DNA of 31,628 nucleotides, taken from the IMG/VR virus record IMGVR_UViG_3300027906_000079, positions 1 through 31,628 of that record, one strand, 5' to 3'. Positions 1 to 6,786 of this stretch are shown here, one piece after another. The position numbers and the translations under genes are program-made. A model generated the notes under the pieces. It made no database searches. It worked only from the letters and a program-made list of their open reading frames with translations, and was not told where the DNA came from. The stretch comes from a virus. Lineage: Duplodnaviria > Caudoviricetes. Numbering within the stretch: position 1 is the stretch's first letter; each line of letters opens with the position of its first letter.

Positions 1-530
1 CCAAACAACCACCAAACCCCGATCCCCGTTCCGTAGACCTGGATTGGCGCCCACTTATGCAAGAACATAATAAACTTATTCGCTAGTAAATGCCTGACAC
101 CCACTAACAACTTTAGGTCCGGTTCCGGTATATTCATCCAGTACGGAAGGAAAGTTCTAAGAAAGCCAACGAATCGATTCTCTTCGGTCCACGGCGTATG
201 TGGGTCCATGTCAGTACCTAGGTGCCGGTGATGATGAAGATGTGTTGCAACCCATCCAACAGGACCGGCAACAGTACCGTATACTCCAAAGAAAGCTAGG
301 AAGTTATACCAGAACTTAGATGTTCTAAACGCTTTATGAGTGAATAGCCGGTGATAGCCGACATTAGTACCCAGCGTTCCGACAATGACAGCGATGAAAT
401 AGGTAACGATAAGACGTGGGTCTAGATTAATAAGAAAAGGCCAGATAAAGCCTAAAGTAAAGAAACATATAATAATATAAGTAATAGTAAGATAAACTCT
501 GTCATATTTTGGAGGAACTATTTCGGTCAT
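1..530 (-). CDS. Membrane fatty-acid (Delta-9/DesC/Ole1-like) desaturase, truncated at the window edge; not in the ORF track
   Basis: Manual translation from ATG at 530 (ATGA overlap with the upstream stop): MTEIVPPKYDRVYLTITYIIICFFTLGFIWPF...GTNVGYHRLFTHKAF...GPVGWVATHLHHHRHLGTDMDPHTPW...GIGVWWLF. It has hydrophobic helices, His-box 1 (HRLFTH), His-box 2 (HxxHH) and the DPH[ST]P motif of Delta-9 desaturases. The frame is open to position 1. Confidence 0.9.
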   Translation of the reverse strand, partial: MTEIVPPKYDRVYLTITYIIICFFTLGFIWPFLINLDPRLIVTYFIAVIVGTLGTNVGYHRLFTHKAFRTSKFWYNFLAFFGVYGTVAGPVGWVATHLHHHRHLGTDMDPHTPWTEENRFVGFLRTFLPYWMNIPEPDLKLLVGVRHLLANKFIMFLHKWAPIQVYGTGIGVWWLF

Positions 531-1246
531 TTATAGACACGAACCAAAGTGCAAATATCCCCCGAACTATTGTTAATCTCCAATTCCGAAGACGTTTGTT
601 TTTTAACTGAGTGCTTTTCTATAACTTGTCTGGTGTACTTACCATCCTTACTCCAAGTATGACACTCTCTACCAAAAATAACGTACATCTCCGTTCCAAC
701 TTTACTACTTATAATTTTTTCAAATGGCATAATATCAATAGTTTCAAACGTCCAACCTGTTGTGTGCTGCATTGGACATAGCAGCACAGTATCATCTTCC
801 ATAATTGTAACTTCAGAGACGGAACAATATGGTTCATAAGGAAGATGGTTTTTGGACCAGTTTGGAGATCTATATGCCTGATCTACTGTATTTTCCATAT
901 AACCATCACCGTGTTTATAATTAGTCTTCATATCCTGGTGCTGCTCTGAGTATCCAGCTTCAAGTATACTTTTAAAAGTGTCTTTATGTTCGTTTTTAAA
1001 TTTATCTCCGTCAGCCCATTCATAACGAATTTTTACTTTGCCACTTAATACAAAATAATTATTATTATTTTTTATTAAAAAGTCATGATCGGTGTGGGGT
1101 GTTATTAAATAGTTGCCAGAACCATCTTTAGTGTACTCGTTCACCGATTCACGTCTACAGAGTTCACCTACCTTGGTATTGTGACTTATTGATATTTGCA
1201 ATTTGTTTGCAATGTTTAAAACATTAAAAGTTATATTAAAAATCAT
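527..1246 (-). CDS. Hypothetical protein, possibly double-stranded beta-helix (cupin-like)
   Basis: 239-aa ORF coupled to both neighbours by ATGA overlaps; beta-rich segments such as YFVLSGKVKIRY and EMYVIFG resemble cupin strands. The fold is an inference. Confidence 0.55.
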   Translation of the reverse strand: MIFNITFNVLNIANKLQISISHNTKVGELCRRESVNEYTKDGSGNYLITPHTDHDFLIKNNNNYFVLSGKVKIRYEWADGDKFKNEHKDTFKSILEAGYSEQHQDMKTNYKHGDGYMENTVDQAYRSPNWSKNHLPYEPYCSVSEVTIMEDDTVLLCPMQHTTGWTFETIDIMPFEKIISSKVGTEMYVIFGRECHTWSKDGKYTRQVIEKHSVKKQTSSELEINNSSGDICTLVRVYK

Positions 1247-1617
1247 ATCTCTTCTATCTCCGCTGGGTCTAACAAATTCTTCTCATTAGGTTTTAACCAT
1301 TTATCTACTGCTGACTGCGTCTTTACCTTTCCGATAGCTTCCACTGTTCCATCTTCTTCAACACGCCACGCTACTGGGTCTAGCCCTAACTCAATAATCC
1401 ACTCCTTTTTGAATTTTTCTAACGCTTTAGCTCTTATAGGGTCTATCCACGGATGATTTTTGTAAGCACAAAAAGATTTAGTAGATAAATTAGCGTTAAT
1501 TGGATCATATGTATAGGTTACCTGGTGAGTTGCTATAGCTTTTCCCGTATCAAAATTTGTTGTATTAACAGGGACATCCTTGTTTTCAGTTTCTGTATAA
1601 GACCATGTTATTTTCAT
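1243..1617 (-). CDS. Hypothetical protein (possible partner or chaperone of the upstream adhesin-like protein)
   Basis: 124-aa ORF tightly packed between neighbours; no recognised motif. Confidence 0.6.
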   Translation of the reverse strand: MKITWSYTETENKDVPVNTTNFDTGKAIATHQVTYTYDPINANLSTKSFCAYKNHPWIDPIRAKALEKFKKEWIIELGLDPVAWRVEEDGTVEAIGKVKTQSAVDKWLKPNEKNLLDPAEIEEI

Positions 1618-1619
1618 AA

Positions 1620-2198
1620 CTAAGACATTGACATGTTGGATGTGCCGGAAGAAACTATTGGTATGGCGACGGAGTTAGTAATTACTCCAGAAGAGGCGGG
1701 ACCATAGGTAGACGGCGGGGATTGAGTGGAGAGGAAGGTCCCGAGGTTTCCATTGTAGGTAAAGGCGCCACTCATATTTACACCCCTTTGATCAATATTA
1801 CTAGAGGTTATATTTGAGAGACCAGTAGTAATCCAAAAAGTCTGGACAAGATTTGTTAAACCATAGATGCCATAGCTACTAGCTTTGTCCCCATTACCAC
1901 AGGTAAAACACATACCTAAGTCAGAACCGACACCAGCAGCTGCAGACCAACCAAAGCTAGCAATTTTACCACCTGATGAACCATTGGACCAGCTACCAGT
2001 AGTGCCATTGAAACCGTCAGCACCGTGGAAATTACTAATAGAGATTGCACCCGACGTGGGTATATTATTATTAAGTGCTGTTGGTTGTACGTAACTACCA
2101 GAGCGGTAATATTCGTTCATACCAATAGGGTTTGAGCCCCCGAAGGAATTTTGGACATCATTCCATCCAATTGTACCACTTGTTGGTAGTCTAGACAT
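1620..2198 (-). CDS. Gly/Ser-rich tail-tip adhesin/receptor-binding-like protein
   Basis: The N-terminus LPTSGTIGWNDVQNSFGGSNPIGMNEYYRSG...IPTSGAISISNFHG matches a common phage fibre-tip N-terminal motif (recalled pattern); the remainder is G/S/N/T-rich. Confidence 0.65.
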   Translation of the reverse strand: MSRLPTSGTIGWNDVQNSFGGSNPIGMNEYYRSGSYVQPTALNNNIPTSGAISISNFHGADGFNGTTGSWSNGSSGGKIASFGWSAAAGVGSDLGMCFTCGNGDKASSYGIYGLTNLVQTFWITTGLSNITSSNIDQRGVNMSGAFTYNGNLGTFLSTQSPPSTYGPASSGVITNSVAIPIVSSGTSNMSMS

Positions 2199-2461
2199 TA
2201 AACTAACCTTTCGTGTTTAAAATATACAATTCCCTCATCATAATCAATAACAGCAGGATTCATAACTAAATCCTTAACATCAAGAGTAGACATTCTAGCC
2301 CAATTAGTATGACCAAAACTTCTTTTACACATTTTGTCTATTATAAAAGCTGGTAGGTCTGTATTGTTGTAATAATCTATCTTAGACTCATTATCGACTG
2401 GTGGAGGAATAAATTCTTCTGGTTCTGGTATCCATTCAATTTCTAATTCTTTATCTTTCAT
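2198..2461 (-). CDS. Hypothetical protein
   Basis: 87-aa ORF with TAATG coupling to the downstream gene. Confidence 0.65.
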   Translation of the reverse strand: MKDKELEIEWIPEPEEFIPPPVDNESKIDYYNNTDLPAFIIDKMCKRSFGHTNWARMSTLDVKDLVMNPAVIDYDEGIVYFKHERLV

Positions 2462-2463
2462 GT

Positions 2464-2862
2464 CTATTCCTTCATAGCATATGGATCAGTTGATAACATA
2501 CGTTGTTTCTTATCCACAGGATTACCCATAATAATATCTTCCATGTTCTTGTGTAAATAATTAGCCATTTGACCAATTATATTATCTTGAGACAGCGTTT
2601 CAGCTAGGTCTTTTAAAGACTCACCGTTCTGTAGACACCTAGAAATTAATTTTCCAGAAGCTCTAAGTTCTCTATCTAAATAAGAATCAGTTGGTTTTAA
2701 CTTCATCCAGAAAGCCATAGGAGAAAGACCTGTTTCACTTGGCACATAATTAACAATACCTATTACCTTCCGGTTGTCTATCGGAAGAGCGAAAGTTGCA
2801 CTCATCATCCTATTAGGAATCTCTTTTCTCATAGTTTTCTTATCGTCCTGCTTTAATGTCAT
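2464..2862 (-). CDS. Stand-alone TSCPD/NrdJb-like domain protein (resembles the C-terminal domain of class II ribonucleotide reductase)
   Basis: The pattern RKEIPNRMMSAT...PMAFW...DSYLDRELRASGKLISRCLQNGESL resembles R-x-x-LP-x-RR...GS...ISLxLQxG of NrdJ C-terminal domains; no catalytic RNR subunit in the window. Confidence 0.55.
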   Translation of the reverse strand: MTLKQDDKKTMRKEIPNRMMSATFALPIDNRKVIGIVNYVPSETGLSPMAFWMKLKPTDSYLDRELRASGKLISRCLQNGESLKDLAETLSQDNIIGQMANYLHKNMEDIIMGNPVDKKQRMLSTDPYAMKE

Positions 2863-3073
2863 CTCCGTGCTCCTCGATAAATTGGTATAAACTAATATTA
2901 GTTTCCTTCACCTGTTCTATCTCGTGCCACATTGTGTCTAATGTACCTTCTAATTTAACGATATATCTAGAATTTACAATAATTACTATTAAACAAATAA
3001 AAATTGTGAAGCCTAACACCAAAAAACTAGTGTACGCTTCTAGCGCCTTCTTGAATTCTTTCATGTCTATCAT
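2840..3073 (-). CDS. Small membrane protein (one TM helix plus coiled coil)
   Basis: Hydrophobic stretch FLVLGFTIFICLIVIIV followed by an amphipathic helix; GAGGA RBS-like sequence upstream. Confidence 0.6.
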   Translation of the reverse strand: MIDMKEFKKALEAYTSFLVLGFTIFICLIVIIVNSRYIVKLEGTLDTMWHEIEQVKETNISLYQFIEEHGDDIKAGR

Positions 3074-3188
3074 CCTCTATTAATTGCTGTAGTTTTCGTT
3101 CCCAAATTTCTTTCATATCAGGATCTTTTGTTAAAGTCTTAACTTTTTTTAAGTTTGCTACTCTGTTTAAAAATAATAAATAACTCAT
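3027..3188 (-). CDS. Small hypothetical protein (53 aa); not in the ORF track
   Basis: MSYLLFLNRVANLKKVKTLTKDPDMKEIWERKLQQLIEDDRHERIQEGARSVH*; its ATG overlaps the stop of the oxygenase gene (ATGA) and it fills the intergenic gap. Confidence 0.7.
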   Translation of the reverse strand: MSYLLFLNRVANLKKVKTLTKDPDMKEIWERKLQQLIEDDRHERIQEGARSVH

Positions 3189-3937
3189 GTTCTACTCGGA
3201 ACTGCTGTAAAATCTCTCCAACCTTTGGCTGGAACTATTTCTAACGATTCATTTAATTTAAAATGTTTATGTATTTCGTAACCTTTTGGGTAGTGATCCC
3301 AAGTACACCATATTAAGGCAAGTCTTTTAAAAGGTAGTTTTTCGAATTTTGGACGTATAGGTAGTACTCTATGATAAAAATAAGATGGAAACCTAACAGC
3401 CATGTTTTGATGAGGTTGAAATGTTATAATATTAGCCCCGTTTGGTGGCTCCCATTTATTATCTAATATAAACTTACCCTTCCAACGCTCAGATGTACAT
3501 ACTTCTAACTCACCACCGAGCATATTAGATATAATAAGATAAAGTATATGCGTAGTCTTGGCTATTCGACTGCTATTTGGATCCTCAGGATTATGGTCTA
3601 AATGATCATAATCTTTCTTATAGTTTATTTGACTCCCATTTGTTTCTTTATTTATAGCTTTAAATAAAACTTCATCTCCGTCTACATGCCACGGAGCTTC
3701 ATCATTCCAACGAAACCAATACTCTATGTGCTCCTTTCCCGGAGTGAGTGTGCGTAATATTTTTTCAATATGGTTTTCAGCTGGTTCATCTTTTGGCAAA
3801 AAACTATACATAGGAAACCTTTGATATGCGATTGATGGATCATCAGTTATGTATTCACACAAAAACCTATAGTCCCCATCATCCAATACATTCGTTGAAT
3901 ATTGAACATTTTTGTTTTGGTTTGGTTGTATTAACAT
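3185..3937 (-). CDS. 2OG-Fe(II) oxygenase superfamily protein (prolyl-hydroxylase-like)
   Basis: HxD motif (WHVDGDE), ILYL...GGEL strand, distal His (YHRV) and Arg (KRLALI). Start moved to ATG 3937, which has an AGGA RBS and overlaps the upstream gene end. Confidence 0.8.
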   Translation of the reverse strand: MLIQPNQNKNVQYSTNVLDDGDYRFLCEYITDDPSIAYQRFPMYSFLPKDEPAENHIEKILRTLTPGKEHIEYWFRWNDEAPWHVDGDEVLFKAINKETNGSQINYKKDYDHLDHNPEDPNSSRIAKTTHILYLIISNMLGGELEVCTSERWKGKFILDNKWEPPNGANIITFQPHQNMAVRFPSYFYHRVLPIRPKFEKLPFKRLALIWCTWDHYPKGYEIHKHFKLNESLEIVPAKGWRDFTAVPSRT

Positions 3938-4161
3938 ACTTTTCCTACTTCCGGTAAGGTTTCCCCTGACCATTTAATTTTTGATTCACGACCACCTTCC
4001 ACATTAAGTCGTGTTTGCTTTATTGGCAACATAACATAGCCGTTATGAGTTTTAACACCAAAATAGTCCTCCTCACACATTGGGCAATCAAGCTCTTTTC
4101 CCTCAATCCTTATATAACTATTGCCCTCGCAACGAGGACAAATAGTTTTAACTTTTTCCAT
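3931..4161 (-). CDS. Zinc-finger protein (CPRC...CPMC)
   Basis: Two CxxC pairs; probable start ATG 4161 (MEKVKTICPRC) with TAAGGA upstream. Confidence 0.7.
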   Translation of the reverse strand: MEKVKTICPRCEGNSYIRIEGKELDCPMCEEDYFGVKTHNGYVMLPIKQTRLNVEGGRESKIKWSGETLPEVGKVC

Positions 4162-4303
4162 TCTTAAGTTCCTTAGTAAGTAAAAAATCAATTATTTTTT
4201 GTATACTTACTGGCACTTCGAACCGATTTTTCGCTAATTGCTGCAGTTTTCCATGTGTATCCACTGAAACACTGACTGATTTAAAGCTACTTGTATCTGG
4301 CAT
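4148..4303 (-). CDS. Ribbon-helix-helix-like transcriptional regulator (51 aa); not in the ORF track
   Basis: MPDTSSFKSVSVSVDTHGKLQQLAKNRFEVPVSIQKIIDFLLTKELKNGKS*; beta strand followed by two helices, strong AAGGAG RBS, first gene after a promoter. Confidence 0.7.
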   Translation of the reverse strand: MPDTSSFKSVSVSVDTHGKLQQLAKNRFEVPVSIQKIIDFLLTKELKNGKS

Positions 4304-4338
4304 ATTCTTTCTCCTTATTTATATTAAGTTATGGGACT

Positions 4339-4366
4339 AATATAGTCGTCTTATTTTATTTGACAA
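4339..4366 (-). promoter_or_regulatory. Sigma70-like promoter for the left accessory operon
   Basis: Minus strand TTGTCA (4366-4361), 16-bp spacer, TATATT (4344-4339). Confidence 0.55.
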
Positions 4367-4387
4367 GAGTTTATTTTACTTTATTTT
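4360..4387 (+). promoter_or_regulatory. Divergent sigma70-like promoter, probably for a small RNA
   Basis: Perfect TTGACA (4360-4365), 16-bp spacer, TATTTT (4382-4387); its -35 overlaps the -35 of the minus-strand promoter. Confidence 0.45.
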
Positions 4388-4392
4388 AATAG

Positions 4393-4442
4393 ACTCTTCA
4401 CCTTTATATGTCGGTAACTTTTCTTAGTTACCGGCATTTTTT
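4393..4442 (+). ncRNA. Candidate ~50-nt small RNA
   Basis: Lies between a plus-strand promoter and a plus-strand intrinsic terminator, has no ORF, and carries an anti-SD-like 5' segment CUUCACCUUUAU. Confidence 0.4.
4408..4442 (+). terminator. Rho-independent terminator (plus orientation)
   Basis: 12-bp stem atgtcggtaact/agttaccggcat with one U.G pair that is valid only on the plus strand, a 6-nt loop, and a T6 run at 4437-4442. Confidence 0.7.
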
Positions 4443-4734
4443 AAATATATATAATTTTTACATCTAAATTCTTAGCTGATTTGTTCTTCACCCGATTGAT
4501 TCTAGAACCATCTTTTCTATAACTTTTTGTCTTGACATCATACAAATCCACGGTCCCCGTTTCACTGTTCACTACCACTAGATCAGCCGGACCACGACCA
4601 CCTAACTCGTAATAAACATGGGTGTCTGGTTTGTTTAGAAATTTCATCGCAGCTTTTAATTCATTACGAATACCGAGCTGTGATTTATGTTTGTGGCTAA
4701 CCTTCAATTTCACCCCAGTTTTTTCCCGATTCAA
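4441..4734 (-). CDS. PD-(D/E)xK nuclease, Holliday-junction-resolvase-like
   Basis: GIRNE...GPADLVVV...LYDVKT catalytic pattern; directly downstream of the DNA polymerase; start uncertain. Confidence 0.7.
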   Translation of the reverse strand: MNREKTGVKLKVSHKHKSQLGIRNELKAAMKFLNKPDTHVYYELGGRGPADLVVVNSETGTVDLYDVKTKSYRKDGSRINRVKNKSAKNLDVKIIYI

Positions 4735-6562
4735 AATCTACTTTGTTCGGCACTTGTAGCTGAACCGCTTCTTCCATGATTCCAATAATTTTCTCTGCGT
4801 CTGCATTGCTTTGTATTGAGATATCAAGTTCGTCATGAATTTGAACATGTGGTATTACTCCTTCCTTGTATAAGGCCAACATAGCTTTCTTAGTCATGTC
4901 TGCTGCTGATCCTTGTATTAGTTTATTTAATGCTTTGTATGTGAAAGCACGCTTAATCATTCCAGGTCCGTGCTCCCTCATGGCGTCGTCGTATTTAAGT
5001 GGTTTATTAATTCCAAAAGTTTTTGATTCCCACATATCGAAATGACAAATTCTTCCACCAATAGTTCTAATCTTACCACTGTCCTCTGCTCTACGCATTA
5101 CAGACTCAGACAACATTTTAACAAATGGTGCTTTAGCATTGTAAGTTTTAATTAACTCCTCCGCTGCATCTTTTAATAAACCTAACTCTGACATTAGTTT
5201 ATTCTTTCCCATGCCATACATTAATCCAAGATTAATAGTTTTAGCTTGCTTTCTTTTAATTCCTGCCATGTCAGCTATCATTTGATGGAAATCAGCTTCG
5301 CCTCTTTTGTATTGATCAAGAATTATATGTGATCCTTCTAATTTCAACAGTGAAGAGAAGTGTACCACGATCCGCGGTTCTTGTTGCGAGTAGTCAAAGC
5401 AACCCCACTTACAACCACGCTCAGGTATAAAAATAGACCTGATCATTGGACCAATAGTTTTATGTCGTGCTGGAATTTGTTGAAGATTTGGATTTGAATA
5501 ACTAAATCTTCCTGTAACAGTTCCACCTTGATCAGAGCGTATCTGATTGATATCACTATGTATTCTGCCATTGTGTTCGTGCTTAATAATTGTATCAATG
5601 AAGGTTGTATGCGCTTTATTAATTTCTCTTGCCTCTGCTATTCTCCTCGCCAAAGTATCTTCTGGGTGAGAAGCTAAAAAGCCTTTGGTAAAAGAAGGCG
5701 CTCCCTTTTCAGTTCTATCGTAAGGTAGTTTTAAATTATCAAATGCTTTTGCAATAGATGCGGCCGCCCATATCTCAACTTCAAATCCTGCTTCTTTATT
5801 TATTAGTTGTAGCAATTCTTTTTCTTGTTTAACAAAATCTTTTTTAATATTGTCAGCACGTTCAAGATCAACGGGCACACCTTTAAACTTCATGTCGATT
5901 AAACATGGAAACAAATCAGTTTCTAAATTAAAAATTTCCCACAAGTCTTGTTCGTTTAATTCATGCTTCATTGCTTGCCATAACTTTAATGTTATCTCTG
6001 CATCACGTTCTGCATACTCACCAACAACTAGTGCAGGTAGTCTCCACATCTCTGCTTTCGGATCAACGCCCCAGCGTTTAGCTGCTTCTTTTAAAACATT
6101 TTCATTCTTACCAAGACCAATGTATTCTTTAGAGATAGAATCTAATGTAAAACTAAAACGGTTTTCATTGACCAGCGATGCTGCAATCATTGTGTCAACA
6201 ATACGTCCTTTAATTGTAAAGTTCATAGAACGTAACCAAGAAACATCATACATTGCATTGTGAAAAACTTTTGTTGCAGGAGTATTTAAAACTTCTTGAA
6301 TCCAATCGATTGCAATTGCTCTATCTATATTTCCTTGCCCTTCATGACCTATTGGAAAATATCCTTTCCAACCTTCAACAGCTACAGCGAAACCAACTAT
6401 CTCACCGTCTCCTCTAACTGAACCCGATCCCATCTTTATTAAATTAGGATCTCTAGTTTCTAAATCTATTGCAATTTCAGTGTGTTCGCTTAGGTCGGGC
6501 ATTGATGGTACGACCCATTCTGTTTCAGGACTAAAACTCATTGGTACTTGTAAAGGTCTCAT
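4697..6562 (-). CDS. polA: Family A DNA polymerase with 3'-5' exonuclease domain
   Basis: Exonuclease motifs AIDLET and FHNAMYD; TGRFSYSNPNLQQIP; motif A DYSQQEPR; motif B RKQAKTINLGLMYG; IQGSAAD; motif C QIHDEL. Confidence 0.97.
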   Translation of the reverse strand: MRPLQVPMSFSPETEWVVPSMPDLSEHTEIAIDLETRDPNLIKMGSGSVRGDGEIVGFAVAVEGWKGYFPIGHEGQGNIDRAIAIDWIQEVLNTPATKVFHNAMYDVSWLRSMNFTIKGRIVDTMIAASLVNENRFSFTLDSISKEYIGLGKNENVLKEAAKRWGVDPKAEMWRLPALVVGEYAERDAEITLKLWQAMKHELNEQDLWEIFNLETDLFPCLIDMKFKGVPVDLERADNIKKDFVKQEKELLQLINKEAGFEVEIWAAASIAKAFDNLKLPYDRTEKGAPSFTKGFLASHPEDTLARRIAEAREINKAHTTFIDTIIKHEHNGRIHSDINQIRSDQGGTVTGRFSYSNPNLQQIPARHKTIGPMIRSIFIPERGCKWGCFDYSQQEPRIVVHFSSLLKLEGSHIILDQYKRGEADFHQMIADMAGIKRKQAKTINLGLMYGMGKNKLMSELGLLKDAAEELIKTYNAKAPFVKMLSESVMRRAEDSGKIRTIGGRICHFDMWESKTFGINKPLKYDDAMREHGPGMIKRAFTYKALNKLIQGSAADMTKKAMLALYKEGVIPHVQIHDELDISIQSNADAEKIIGIMEEAVQLQVPNKVDFESGKNWGEIEG

Positions 6563-6786
6563 TTATATTCCTCTTTCAGTTTATTTAAAAACCAAATAGC
6601 TTTATCTAAATCTTCTACAGGTTTTTTCTTCCACTCGTGACGCCAAATATATTTCATAGCTGAACCTTGCAGGTAATATCTAAAACCATACCCTTGACAT
6701 GCTTTGATTGCATCAATGCAACCGATGTCTCCTTTGTTATAGTGTGATGGATGGTTTACTGGATCATGTTTTTTACGTTTAGACAT
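6559..6786 (-). CDS. DUF3310 family protein (T7 gp1.7-like/SaV-like)
   Basis: DPVNHPSHY...KYIWRH...EDLDKAIWFL signature; likely start ATG 6786. Confidence 0.88.
   Translation of the reverse strand: MSKRKKHDPVNHPSHYNKGDIGCIDAIKACQGYGFRYYLQGSAMKYIWRHEWKKKPVEDLDKAIWFLNKLKEEYK

Noticed and set aside
3931-4191. Track start sites for several ORFs (4191, 3973, 6804, 8314, 27376, 31577)
   Set aside because: Alternative starts fit RBS and overlap patterns better, and the last ORF is open to the window edge.
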